A DNA stretch of 56,327 nt, filler included, from Sluysia triapertura (taxonomy: Eukaryota): assembly GCA_046118255.1 (NCBI GenBank). It is 4 parts of 4 records of this genome, joined end to end, with 100 filler letters (N's around TTAATTAATTAA, not from the genome) between each part and the next. Parts side by side here need not be neighbours in the genome. Positions count along the whole stretch, not along the records: positions 25,788 to 44,946 come from JBJNIA010090900.1; positions 45,047 to 56,327 come from JBJNIA010186436.1; 2 more parts are not named here. One strand, 5' to 3'. The first letter of the stretch is position 1. Each line of letters begins with the position of its first letter. Position numbers and translations under genes: made by a program. The notes under the pieces are model-generated. The model searched no databases. It had not been told where the DNA came from and was given only the letters and a program-made list of their open reading frames with translations. Shown here piece by piece: positions 39,101 through 52,699 of the stretch.

Positions 39101-41534
39101 GTTATTTGCCGTATAAACTCTTTGGTGATTCGAGACAATAACTTTTTTAAAGTAAGTTTTAATTGTAACAACGCTTATAACAATATCTTTAACATCAATG
39201 TTCATTTATTTCTTTTTGTTTTTAGAGTGTCACAGAAACCAAATCCGAAACGTACTGGTGAAATCATCATTAATAAAGAATCATCGAAAATAAACTTTAA
39301 ATGTCTTATCATTAGTAATAAAATAGTTGTAAATTTAGTTCTTCTTTTCGTTAATAATTATTTAAACTTAATCAAAAAGCAATTAAATAATTTTTGATCT
39401 TTGAGCAAGTATATTGTAACAAAGTAAATAAAAATAAAACTTCTATTAGTTTTGATATTTATGAATTAAAATTGAATCTTTTATTTAAACTAATCAATAT
39501 CAAACTACAACAGCAGTGTCATCGGTTTTATAAAGCTATTCAATCATCTAAAACTTCCAAATAGACGAGAAGTGAAATTAACTGTAACAAAGCTTTGAGT
39601 CCTTAATCGAACTGACACATATTTCCTTTATTTATTCGTTATTGTTTTACAATTCGAATAATAATTATCTGATAATTAATCTAAATTTAAATTACTTTAA
39701 AAAATTTAAGATGGAATTTAAATTTTTACACCAATGTATTTATTTATATAAGGAGAAATAATAACAAAAAAAACAAACTTTAAAAATATAAAATCAAATA
39801 CGTATATTTGGCAAAACCATTTTATTAAAAACTAAATCTCCTAAATAGTGCCACTAACTAATACTTCGAAGTACTCACTCCGTTAACATATTGCATCTAA
39901 GTAAACTAGATATGTAGATATTAATATGTATTATAATATGTATTAAAACGTTAAGAAAACTATATATTTTGTTTAAATCAATAAAATACAAATTAATAAT
40001 AATTATTTTTATAAAGTTTAATTAAAATAATTAAGTAAAGTACAATTTATTATCGATATTATTATATTTAATAATCTAAAAATTTGTAATTATCAGAAAA
40101 GTTTAAAATACAATTAACGAGTTTTGTAATTATCAGAAAAGTTTAAAATACAAATTATCTACATTTAAATTTAAAAATTTCGTATAATTATAATTATCAA
40201 AAATTAATGTAAATTAATGTTTCCATTTAAAATTAATGTCTCTATTTAAAAGATTAATTTAAAAGATTAGTTTAAAAAACAATATAAATAGACTTACAAA
40301 GTCTTACAAAAACACATAAATTTCTGTTTTAAAATCTTTTACGTCTTACGGAGAAACTTCGAATACTTGTCAGAGAACTTTCGATTTCGATTTGGATTTG
40401 AAAAAACTTACTTGGATTTGAAAAAAAGTTGTTTGAATTTGAAAACCTTTTGGATTTGGAAAATTCTGATTTTGGTTTACAATTGGTTTGAAGAAGATTT
40501 GGAATTAAGAAACTTGTTGGATAATTTTCAATTTGGATTTGCAACTGATTTGAAGAAAATTTGGATTCGATTAAACTCTACATTGATAGTAGAATTTGAT
40601 TCATCGATTACAGAAGATTACAAGAAGAAGAATTAATTTTTCGGAAATTTATTTGGAATTGAAAAAGACTTGTAAGCTATTTTTAATAAGTTTATATAGT
40701 AATATACTATATTAAAATATACTAAAAATCTTATATTCTTTCACAAACCCAAAGATTAACTCTGGGTCAAAATCACTTTAAACTCTGCTGAAGAAATATT
40801 AAGAGAAATCTTAATAATTATTTAACTTATTATTTATATTATTAATCATTTTTGTGTTCCTATTTGCGTATTTTTAGATTGAGTAATTTTTGTAAAAAAT
40901 TTTGATCATAATAAAAATTCGTAGAGTACAACAAGTACTAGCCTTTGTTTATTATTATTGAAAAAGAAAAGGAATTCGTTATTAAATAGTAAAAATTTTA
41001 TTGTCAAGAAAGTTATAATAACAACTTCACAATTTAATAAAAGACCCTCGATCCAAAGTATAGGAACGATCTTTCGTAGTAATACTCACCACCCATAATC
41101 AAACCAATAATTAAGTCTTCCGTAGGAAATAAATCTTAAATTATTGGCGAACCCAATAAGGATAAAAAAAATCATAATTGTTAAGTTATTAAACTAAGAA
41201 AACTTGAACAAAATCTATCATTACTATATTTACCAGTAAATAGGATAATTCTTGAAACATTGACTTTAGGCACGCCTTATAATGATAGCTGTTTAGTAAA
41301 ATTCATTTGTGAAGTGTATTTAAATATTAATAAGTTTTTACATCTTAAATATGTTTAATATGTTTAATTTCAACTTAGTGAATGTTGACAATAATGCAAT
41401 AAGAACCAAATATTCTGATAACTAATTGACATTTCATGTCATCTTTTAATATACATATAGATCATATTAATACAATAACTTCTAGACAAAGTATTCTTTA
41501 TACCATTCATTCACAAGTACAGAACTAGTCAAAA

Positions 41535-41970
41535 AATTCATTTAATATTATAAAGAAATAGCTGTCTACTTTTACCCAACCATGTTCATTGTGGATTATC
41601 AATTTCCAATAGAAATACCTGGAAAATGGGAAGCTACACTGGTCAAATTTACATGTAATTTTTGCAAAATTTCAATGGAACATGAAACAAAATATTATTT
41701 AATAAAAATGAACCTTTAAAGCTAACATAAATTCATTTTTTGATAAGAAAAATAAACTTATTGATAAATCAGATGTTGAAGAAAAAAGATAAAATAAAAT
41801 ATTTCAACGGACCTATGATTAATACATTTATGGAAAATAATAAAATAATGCTAAAACTCAGTATAACGATATTGACAGTAAAATGGAATTATTATCCATT
41901 GAAAAATTTAATATTGAATTTAGATTTTCCAACCAAAATACCTATAAGATACTGGTTATTTTATAATTGA
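41535..41970 (+). pseudogene. Polinton/Maverick minor capsid (penton) N-terminal fragment
   Basis: SFNII..NSCLLLPN..MFIVDYQFPIEIPGKWEATLVKFT resembles the penton N-terminus FY.TLPSNSS...P.N....F.V.L..PI.L.G.WEV.L.EI. It lies on the same strand directly upstream of the major capsid relic. Confidence 0.65.
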
Positions 41971-42079
41971 TATTTTTAAATTCACTAATGATAAAAGGCT
42001 TCGTATTTAAGCTAAATTTGAAAGTGAATCAATACAATAAAAATAATTATAGTGATGCAGAACTTAAAATGCAAGCGTC

Positions 42080-43045
42080 GTGAACTGATCTTAATGATAC
42101 ATTATTATTTGTCCCGTTGAAAAATACAAAATCCGATATAAAGATATTCAAGTAACTAATTGCATATTTCATTCATTTTGGAAAATGTGATTTTATCATT
42201 CAGTAGTACTCAAGTTGAAGGTGAAAATTTCCAACATTCACAAAAATCAATATTAGAAAATATTCTACATTATAGTATTCTGAAGCTTTAACATTAAACT
42301 TGATTTAAATAAAAGTCGTAGAGTATAATGGATTGGAAAATCAAAAAAGTTTGTAATATGTGGTTCATTTTTGAGTCAACCAAAATATTTAATTCCAGAT
42401 GTAAATGCTTACTTGAAATTGTTAAGAAATAAATCAAGCTTTTGTCTTGTGTATGATTCAGATAGTGGTATTTATAATTTGTTTTGAAAAGTGCGACACA
42501 TATTTAAGAAGAGTTGAAGTTGAGCCATCATTGTTAGTTGTACATCAATTAGGTCTACAAAAATTGTAATTTATCCATTTCGTCAAAGAAAATTTATAGT
42601 GTATAGTATACCAAATGGAAAAATTGGATTTTATAAAGATCAAATTTTTGGTTATATTTCAATCTTCAAACACAATTAATAGAACTATTAAAAAAGATGC
42701 ACACAGAATAATGTTGAATCAATTAATGAAAGTCGAATTATAGACTCTCAAGAAACTTTGATAGTATGCATACAGTCGTTAAATATTATGTGCAATAAAT
42801 TATTACAAATTTAAGATAATGAAATTATAAACCATGGAATAGGAATGGCTGTTATCAAACTAAAATATTCTTTCTTTATATTTATAGGTTCAACTGATTT
42901 TGATGTCGATCAAAAATAATTACCACAACAAGAAAATTTGAGATTTCACCTTAAATTTACTAAATGATTGGAATAACCAACAATTGTAATCGATAATGAA
43001 ATAAAAATAAGAAATAGCCGTCTAATTACATTTCAGATAAAGTGA
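42080..43045 (+). pseudogene. Polinton/Maverick (adintovirus-like) major capsid protein (double jelly-roll), decayed
   Basis: Collinear translated blocks across frameshifts: TDLNDTLLFV; VTNCIFHSF/ENVILSFSSTQVEGENFQHSQKSILENILHYS; FLSQPKYLIPDVNAYLKLLRNKSSFCL; YLRRVEVEPSLLVVHQLGLQK/IYPFRQRKFIVYSIPNG..KDQIFG; NHGIG..YSFFIF; ENLRFHLKFTK..DNEIKI. These match recalled Polinton PY motifs (YIDL..TYLYV, NNFLHSLFSQVDV..YPYRAYIETLLNY, FNQ..YLLNGV..LKL.RS...FCL, VRKV...PS..LAH...YP....FTIP.G...DNLF.G, GNLR....F....FDN.IEI) in the right order. Confidence 0.8.
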
Positions 43046-44800
43046 GTTTCTTACATTATATTCTAATTAGTTCTTTAGAAATTAATCAAATTACTCTACT
43101 TCAAAATGAGTTTAAAGTGTATACCATCATCTTTTGATGAAGATAGTTGTATAAAAATTATGTTGCGACTTCAAATTTATTATTTACTATAACTCAATCT
43201 TATCTCGTTTAGCTTGAAATAGTCTTAATAATTTCAATAGTCAGTATATCAGATATAATTTTGTCGTAATTTTCTCTCTTAATATTAATAACGATTGGCC
43301 CAAATTTAACTCTTGAAAATTAAATGAAAACTAAGTCAATTATGTACTATTAAACAAAAATCCGTAATATAATTTATGGTCAATGAAAATCTTTACTAAA
43401 TGCTATGAATCACTAAAATGACAAAAGTAACAATTATGTTTATAATAAAGTCAAAGACACTACAATCTAATTAAGACTAAAACAACCAGAAGTGACGTAA
43501 CAATCACTAAAAATATGAATATCAAGAAAGTTTAGAAACGTAATGATGATTAAAAATATTTTAAAATAAATTGGGTAGAGTGTCTCCCACTAAATTATCT
43601 TACATTTAGCTAAATATCAAATGTACGTAAAGTGTTTTTCTCAAAATTACCTTAAAAATAACTGAAAATTAAATATAACTTTTAACAAAAATTGTGCGGG
43701 AGTTTTCAATCAATGTTACCTTAAAAACCGGCTTAAAAATTAAAAGAAAATGATGTAATATTAAAATTATCCAAATTAAAATAAAATCAGATATTTATTT
43801 TAATTTAACATTTTCCAAATAGCTAAACATTAGTAAAGTAGTTGAAATCAGAAATTACAAGAGATAACTTTCTCAACAAGATTTAAATAACAAATAAGCA
43901 AGAACTGTAAAGAAGATATGAATAGATTTTATATAAAACAGAATTACGCAATAATTAAGTTCTTGTAAAAGAAAAGAATAAAGAAAAAATTTATTCAATT
44001 TTTATTTTTATTATTATTATTAGCATTATTTTGTTTTATTTTATTTTAATATTTTAAGGTGTAAAAATTTTATTTTTATATTTTTTAAGATTTCGTGTGA
44101 AAAATAAAATTATGAAAATATTATGAAAATTATTATTTCAATTATAATAAAATTAAAATTATTATTATTATAAATAAAAAAATAACTAAAAAGAAACTTC
44201 TCGAAAGAAGTTTATTTGATTAAATTAAATTTTAAAAAATGTCTTTATGTCTATATAAAGACATACAAAGAAATTAGAACGCCATTAGCAAATAAAGAAA
44301 TCAGAGAGAAAATTGTTATGCCATTTTGAAAAGGCATTACAAAAAGATTATTCGTGGCTCCATTTAATAAATCTAATCAGTAAAACAATATTTATATTAA
44401 TATTTCCAATCGATAATTATGTATATACATAAGTATACACAAACAAATTCAAATGATATAATTTATAAGCATAACGTAACATATTTTACGAAAATTAAAC
44501 ATTTTGCAACGTCCTCTGTTTTTTCCAAATGAACTTATATTGAATATTTTAATAAATTTGTAGTCGAATTTTATTAATCGAATTGAGCAATACTTTACTG
44601 TCTGATGCTTAATCGATCTAAAGATATGAATAATATGCTACAATATGTTACGTACATACGAAGTCATTCCTTTATTCATACGAAGTCATACCTTGGTCAG
44701 ACTAAAACAAAAATATTAAAACAAAATTTTAAAAATTAAGTTACTGATGTTAATTTAAAAATAAAAAAATCAATAAAATTCTAATAAAATAAAATTTTAA

Positions 44801-44946
44801 CCCTTTCAGCCCTGAATTTTTTTTCCTTAAGATATATGGTGATTTATTGTCTTTATAGATGATGATTTAGAAAAATGTATGAAAATTGTAAATATTGACG
44901 TGAAGTAAAAATATATAGGTCAAAGTTCAAACATAAATATCTATTG
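44801..44946. mobile_element. Second copy of piggyBac-type MITE family A, cut by contig end
   Basis: TTAA+CCCTTTCAGCCCTG, then near-identical to 11730-11870. Ends at the N spacer. Confidence 0.9.
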
Positions 44947-45046
44947 NNNNNNNNNNNNNNNNNNNNNNNNNNNNNNNNNNNNNNNNNNNNTTAATTAATT
45001 AANNNNNNNNNNNNNNNNNNNNNNNNNNNNNNNNNNNNNNNNNNNN
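44947..45046. other. Artificial contig spacer
   Basis: Identical 100-nt spacer. Confidence 0.97.

Positions 45047-45123
<77 letters not shown>
45047..45123. repeat. (TTA)n microsatellite at contig start
   Basis: Direct inspection. Confidence 0.95.
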
Positions 45124-45124
<1 letters not shown>

Positions 45125-45966
45125 TTTCTTAAAGATTACATTTATTATTACTTATTATTTTAGCGCATGACAAAAATCTTCACGGTAGAAAATATTTTGG
45201 TACAAGCACAATATTAATAGATGAATTTATAAAACAAAGAGTTACGGAACAAGTTTTGATTTTGTCAACGAAAAAAGTAAATGCTAACTTTATTTAACAT
45301 TATACTAATATTTGTTGCTTATTTATTATTTTTAAATTTATTTTTAAAATAAAAATTGATTATTATAATTATTATTTATTTTATTTGCATTATTTATTAT
45401 TTTCTTATTTGTATTATTTATTTAAAACTTTAATATTAATATTCAGATATCAACAAATAAATTATCACAATCTTATATAACATCTACACTTGCACAAGGA
45501 AATGAATCTGATCAATCATTTGGATCCAATCAAAGTCTACAGTCTTCTGGAGCGAAAGATTATTGTAAAGTACAATTAACATTGTGTTCCACGAAAATTA
45601 TTAATAATAGTATGGTTTTGTTTATTTATTTTGATATTTTTTATAGCTTATGAATGATTTTTCTGAACTACGAATAGTATATTGCAAAACAAATTTTAAT
45701 TTTTCGATATGTTCATTTTGAATGGAACGATTAATTAAAATATTAATTATTTATTCTAGTATATTTGTAATTTTTTTTAGTATCATTTTGGCTGTTTTCA
45801 ATTTGATATTACGTTACTTGTAATCTTATATCGGTTATTGTGCTTAGGCGCTTAATTTTACGTTGAAACTGAATTTTATTGTTAACCAATTTATTAAACA
45901 TCAAATACGTTTTGTAATTTATATCACTTAAAATAAATTAATAAAAACGAGTTTTATTATACTTAC

Positions 45967-47065
45967 AGGTACAAAAACACACAGAGTGATTATAACAATG
46001 CCCATGGATCACATTTGGCCCAAAATAAATAAAAGATTTTAAACCTTACCAACATAGTTGAATGCATTTGTGTCTGATCAGATAGTCCCCACAAATATTA
46101 AAGTCAATCAAATGATAATATTTACTAATAGAAATATGCAGCAATCTCTAATAGCATAATAGTATTATAATAGTATTTACTTCATTGAAAAATTATCGAC
46201 ATTGTTAAAAACCTCACAATCTTTATAAAAATTATCATTATGTAGAAATGATACTTTTAAAAAGATTTAAAATTTCTATAAACGTTAACATTTAGAATTC
46301 GAAAATTACTCAATCAAATTATCAAGATTTGTCAATTCATTTCATATTAGAGAACAAGAGTAATAAATTGTTATTTTTAAGTTTAGACGTAGATGCATAT
46401 TTAAAATCAATTATATAAGTCTGTAACACAATATTTCTAATATTAAAATCATTATGAATACATATTGCATTATCAAGCAGATAACACATATAAGGCCAAA
46501 CACTAAAGTCACATACTTCCTTACTTTCACAAGTACCTTTTTCTAATATGTTTATCTAAAAATCTCAACTTTTGAGGCTGTCTTTGTGAGTGATAATTCA
46601 TTTATTTGATTTGAAATGTAATTATGATTTACATTATGATTTAGAGCACAGTACTAAATCAAACACCGTAAATCAAATGTAATTCGTTATATAAACAATT
46701 TAAAATGTCACCTTGAAGGGGATTGGAACACGCTGCAGTAAACGCCTCAGACCACTCATCCATAATGATGACTCAATTTTGAATATTCATTACTTTTGTT
46801 CACAAAACTTATTCATATATTGGTACATTTTAAATGACATCTCAATCAAAACCAAAGTGATAGATAATTGTACATCACTAAGCACATTTGGTATAGGGAT
46901 GAGTGATACTCTGGCAATGAAGGTAATTAAGACCTTGCTACAACTAACCAGACAAATTGATGATTTCTTTTCTCCATTTCGTAGACATATTATTGACACA
47001 TTCACCGCTTTCAACATTCGCTTCAAATTCATTTTTAAATTATCATGGCAATCATAAAATTTCAT
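45967..47065 (-). CDS. Putative multi-exon host gene with short introns, product unknown
   Basis: Several minus-strand donors (GTAAGT ~45966, GTAAGG ~46049, GTGACA ~46711), a candidate ~38-nt GT..AG intron at ~46911-46948, and short higher-GC open segments between them. Confidence 0.3.
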
Positions 47066-47299
47066 ACGTAAAACTAAAACTTTTTTAAAATGACGATAAA
47101 ATGATGACGATCGCGATTATGTTGTTTACAAATGTTAAAATGTATCATATTAAAGTATTGATTTAGATTTGATTAAAAGTATTATAGTTTTATTATTTTA
47201 CAAGTTGAAGCTTAGTAATGAGAATTATTTAAGATTTTTATAAATTTACTATTTTAAAAGTTAATATTTGGTGTTGTGATGTTTTGTAATGGTACAAAT

Positions 47300-47579
47300 T
47301 AGCCATGTCCAACGTGCGGCCCGATAACAGAAAAAGGAATCACACAAATTAATATTTAAATTTTAATAATCGATAATAAATAAGTTTCTTATTAAATATC
47401 TGTTGTAATTTACTAAAATACCTATATATTTTTGTGTATATCTGTGTACATGCTAATTTGTGTGTACGTATCTCATTTGAGCGCGAGTGTGCGCTACAAT
47501 TGAAATTTTTTTGTTCAGGTGAGTGCCTTGTACATTCCTAAATTTTGGCCCGAAGAGTAATTTGGGTTGGACATGGCTG
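47300..47579. mobile_element. hAT (Charlie-like) MITE
   Basis: Inverted ends (T)AGCCATGTCCAAC / GTTGGACATGGCTG with subterminal GGCCCG motifs. The 8-bp TSD is not preserved. Confidence 0.65.
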
Positions 47580-48232
47580 ATTTAATTGTTATTTGACAGA
47601 AAGTGAAATATTTGAATAGAATCACTGAGTATCTTAATAAATTCGCAGACACTTCAGGCAGATATTCCCATCTTTATTTAAAAAATCTTTTTTCCATTTT
47701 CTCTAGCCCTAACTGGTAAGCCTAGTACGTTGGTGAACTCACGTAAAAATCTTATTTTATTCTATAAGGATCTTATTTACTTTTAAAATCCCACAATTTC
47801 TTAACCTTTTCGAAATTCCTTTTTAGTTCTTAATCAAGAAAATGCGTCATTAACATTAAAAATTGAGTTAATATCAGAGAAATTAAATTCTTAACACTGA
47901 CCAGAACTGTACATCCAAGTTTGTTAAATTGTCTTTGGTTGCCAAATAATATCTTCTGTAAATTTGTTGTAAGGAGAAAAGAGAAATACGAGTGAGAGAA
48001 AGTGTTAGAGCAATGCAAGAATAATTTAAAAGTAGATTAAGGAAAAGTAAAAATGAGTAAAAGAAGGAGTTGTAAAAGAAAGTTAGTGAAATTGAAGGTT
48101 ATTAATTTCATTTTATTCTATTTCTGGATTTTAAAATACAAAATTTAGTAAGTTTTGACGTAATGTTGTGTAAATGTAACTTTTGGTGTGTTGTGGTGTG
48201 TTAAAATCTTGTATCACGGTGCTGATCACCAC

Positions 48233-48451
48233 ATGTAGCACTTTATGCAAGGTTATCAATATAGATTATCTGATGAAGTTGAAGAAGCCTCTCAAGAATT
48301 TTTCGATTCAAAACAGAAGATGTGGTACTTTTATCAAACCCGAAAGCTTGCAGATAGTTGGAAAAACGTCCTGAACAATGATGGTCTTTATTTTGAAGAT
48401 TATTCTTGTTTATGAATAAATTCTTGCATAAAAATATTTTAACAGGCACAT
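48233..48451 (+). mobile_element. mariner transposase C-terminal fragment plus probable 3' TIR
   Basis: M*HFMQG..SDEVEEASQEFFDSKQKMWY..KLADSWKNVLNNDGLYFED matches the mariner C-terminus (EFF.SK...WY..GI.KL..RW..V...DG.YFE). Confidence 0.8.
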
Positions 48452-49199
48452 AAATATTTTCCTCAACTCAGAATGATATTATTACATCTTATTATTCACT
48501 ATTCTTAGACTCGTACCGATATTAAACTAATTTTATCAACTTCAAGATAAAAAAGCAAAAATTCATTTTTTCTAACAATAAAGATTTTTTAATATTTTTA
48601 TTCCATTAATTTATTATTATATTTATAATTAAATTCTAAAATAGAACAATTGCGACGATTAACTAATTTATGCAATAATAAAATACAATAGCTAAAAAAC
48701 CAAAAATTATGTATAAATAATTAAAGCTTCAATGAGTCTAAAATCACAATGCCTTACATAATTCACAAAAAATATTTTTATTATTAAAAAACAATGAGAA
48801 TGGTAGAAATAATTTGTGATATCTCTGTCATATTAATCAGCATGTTATATTAATAAATATATTTGATTTAATAATAAAAAGCATTTCATAATTAATAATA
48901 ACCTATTATAAATTATATGCCCTTTAATCTGAAAATAATTAATACTTATTATATTTGTTCAAAATTCAACAGAATAATCTGTGCTGTAAATAAAGAAATT
49001 TTACTATAATGAGAGACTTCGTTAAAATATTTTCATTCAATTCAATATTAATCAACATTCACATACTTTGATTCTTATTAAAATTTATCATTAACAAACA
49101 TTATTATCCACATGAATATGTAGGTGCTTTACATATCTTAAGTGTAACGAGTAACTAACTATATTAACCAAAACCGTTATAGGCATTATTTTTCATCAT

Positions 49200-49720
49200 A
49201 AAACCATTTAGTTCCAAGTTCATATTCTAGAATAGAAGGTTTTCGACTGATTTTCAAAATATTTCTTGACAATAATTATTAATTCAGAAGTTTCAAATTT
49301 CTGCCCGCGTAACAATCAAAAATTACTCGAAACTTAGTCAAAATTGTAATGGATATTTTAATTCAGTCAGTTCTAATTGAATGATAAACTTTTTCGTTTT
49401 TTTTGCAGTGTACTGGATGCCTTTAGTGATCTCTATAATAAGATTGGATAATTTTTCTTCGTATTGATCCAAAATTCCTGTCTGTTTATCAATCTTGTCT
49501 TCATAAAAATCAAAAATTCTTCGATTTTTATACTCCTTAGTTAGTTGCTTAATAGATTTATCTAATAGATATTCATTAACGCCATAGAATTTTCTAAAAT
49601 CTTATTTCATCTTCATTCACTTATAGAAATTCCACGAAAAATCTAACTTAAATTCATATCAAAAGAATCATTAATAAAATTTTGTCAATCTTGATATTAT
49701 TACCATTAACAGTTACAACA
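49200..49720 (-). mobile_element. BEL/Pao gag-RT relic
   Basis: TKFRVIFDC (~49310-49340) resembles the BEL RT motif TKLRVVFDAS. Confidence 0.45.
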
Positions 49721-50199
49721 AACCATAAAATAAAATCTCGTTCTCTATATATTCGTTTTAGGATTATTATTGTTATCATCATATTTATTAATATTGTTTT
49801 AATATTATCATTGTTTTAATATTATTTCTATTATATTCTTATTATTCATTATATTATATTTTACGTTTCGTTTAAGGCTTTTCTAAAAACTTTTAAAATG
49901 GATTCACCAAAAAAATTACTGATTTTTGAATATGTGAATCGATTTCGTATTATTAACGAATGCTTGAAATGATAATTGGTAATATAAAACAATTACAAAA
50001 GTTGCACATGTGTGTCAAAGTAAGGAAGCAGCCAATTGAATGTGAAACAAGATAATGTTGTTAAGATAATGATATGTATAAGTTAAGTGTTACCTGTACC
50101 AATTTTAAATCTCATTAATGTTAAATTTTCAATTCTATTGGATGATGTTTCAAAATTAAACAAAAATCTAATCGATTATAATTTAAGAAATTGAAATAA

Positions 50200-51060
50200 T
50201 TTAGAAAATTCGATTATAGGTCGATGTTTTGAGTTGAAATGTTTATAAAGATGAAATGCGTAACTTCAAATTTAAGATTCTTGCGACGAACATATATTTC
50301 AATGGAGAAAAAGAGTTGTAGAATGTTATTTTGTCATTTAAATTTCAATGATAAGAAATATTAAAAAAGCATTTAAATCTCGCTTTCAATTTTAAATATG
50401 TAATAAAAGGGCGACTGAACGTTTTCTAAATGTGAAGCATTTTTTGTAAATTTCTGAGTGTGAATAGGAATATATCAGATGTCCCAATAAAGAGCCTAAA
50501 TACTTTATTTAAAGTTATCTGAATTCTTTGATTATTGATTAAAAAATGAAGACTGATTCATGCCGTATCAGGTATGAGAAAAGCTTCTCGGCGGATTTTA
50601 GTTTATTTTTAAATATCCGTGTTTAAACTTTTAAGTTACGTAAATAGTAAACGTAGAAATTATTCTGGCTTTTATTTAGGCAATTTCAGTGAGACTATCA
50701 AGGTTTGTAACTCTTTAAGTATGGGTTACATCAATAAGCGATTTTTGCGTAACCTCCGCGACATCCGGGTAGCATTAATAAGCGTTCTGATGAATTTAAT
50801 TTTTTTAATATTGAGTATGTATTATTTATTTATGTTAGCGCTGGGTTATATCAGTTGTGTACAATATGATAGGATATTTTAGATCTGTACTTAGAATTAT
50901 GGAAGTCCTAAACTATTATTTACTGGTTTCGTCGCTTCATTACTTTCACTCGGATTTCTGTATTTTTCGAAGTTAGTCGTTACTGTTATTTGTAAACTAT
51001 ATGTACACCATCAACTTCTCGCGATTTTCCCCCATCAAAGTGATTCAGGTAATAATAAAA
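50200..51060 (-). mobile_element. BEL/Pao pol 3' relic
   Basis: Nucleotide homology to 8370-8560 (tttatttatgttagcgct..cagttgt.tacaatatgataggatatttt). KYPIILY motif and C-terminal HRPI motif. Confidence 0.5.
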
Positions 51061-52699
51061 AAGAACACTTGAGTGAAATAGAGATACTAGCAGTGACATT
51101 GATGAAGAAATGTGAAGGGATTTTTTTGCGTCCTGCGAGTGTGATATTTTGAAAGGGTTAATGGCACTAAGATTTAAAAATGTCAACTTAATTGACATTA
51201 AAATTAAAAATAAAAGTAATATAGATATTTTATCATGTGTAAAATATTGCGATATCGAAAACTAATAAATGAGACAATCGTAAAGCCATGCCTCTAAAGG
51301 GAATAAGTGGTGAAACGGCCAATAATAATCTTCTTAATATTTGTAGAATAAATAACGACGTGAATTTAACTTGTGTGTCTATTATTACGAATTTTCACCA
51401 AGTAAAATATAATATTAAAACAATGCATATGTTTGTTAAACTAGATATGATAATATAACATTTAACGAATAATCAATATTTTCTTTGTTTACCTCCATTA
51501 GTAGACTTACTTAACTGTTTGAGTGCGGGAGAATATTCTTATGCATATGCTAAAAGTCCTGGATGAAATGCATAGTATTTTTTGGTGGGAAACAATGAAA
51601 ATGGTTATAATTAACACTAATTGTTATGTAACAAGTAATTTTGATCAAAAAAATATTTTTATTGTCATTTATTACAAAAATGTTTTGCTGCACAAATAAA
51701 TGCTTAAAGTATACTAATCAACAGCAGCATCTTCGCATCATCGATACAAAACAAGAAAAGTGCTATTGCGCTGTTCCATATTTTTGGCATACGACAAGTG
51801 AAGCGCGATAGCGCTTCGCCGGATTCGAACGGCGATTATAATGCCTTTAATTATAATATATGTGTTAGCTTCTCAAAACCAAAACATTTTAGCCGAATTA
51901 TTGTCACTTTTAAATTAAAACCGCCAGATAAATTTCATACAAAAAATAAAAGAAATAAAATTATATTAATTTTTTAATTAAATATTCAAATTAAATCTAT
52001 TTAATAGTACAAAAATTTGAATAAATTTTGATTTTAAGAGCATTATAAGTGAAATTTGATATTTTAACGATCATTTAGTGAAAATTATCCGTATTTAGTA
52101 AGAATAATCCGAAATAATAACATAACTGAAAATTTATGTTATCATTACTAGGTTAAAAAATGTTTAATATTGTATTTTATGGTCGTATTATAAATGTAAT
52201 ATTTATATGTCTACGTTATGTGTAATATTTATAAGCTTTTTAAATAAATTTTCGAATTTGATTACTTTTTTTAATAATCATATGAAATTTCCACTTCGGT
52301 ATAACGAGAAAAAACGAAAAAACAATAAATATAATAAAAATATTAAAATTATTCTTAACTGTTTCTTCACTTATTTTCAAATAGAGAGATGTTCTAGTTA
52401 CGAAGATTTAAATTATCTTGAAAAAAAGCTTCAAATTTGACATATACAAATGTTTGCTCGACCGTTGAATTGCAAGTGACGTTTGAGCTTCAGACATGTA
52501 TGATATCTCAAATGTATCTTTAAAATCTGAATCATTTGCAAAAAGCCGCTACAAGGTAAACTTAATTCAAATTAAAAAAATTAAATAATTATTTAAATAT
52601 GTTTTATTTACATTTACAAAATAATTTTAATTCCTGCACTAACAAATCTAGATTCTATTTGTATTTTAAATGTAAAGTTACTTCTTACGTCTTAACGTA

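Noticed and set aside
16170-43045. Integrase (16 kb) and capsid (42 kb) relics as one contiguous Polinton
   Set aside because: They are on different contigs separated by an artificial spacer and unrelated sequence.
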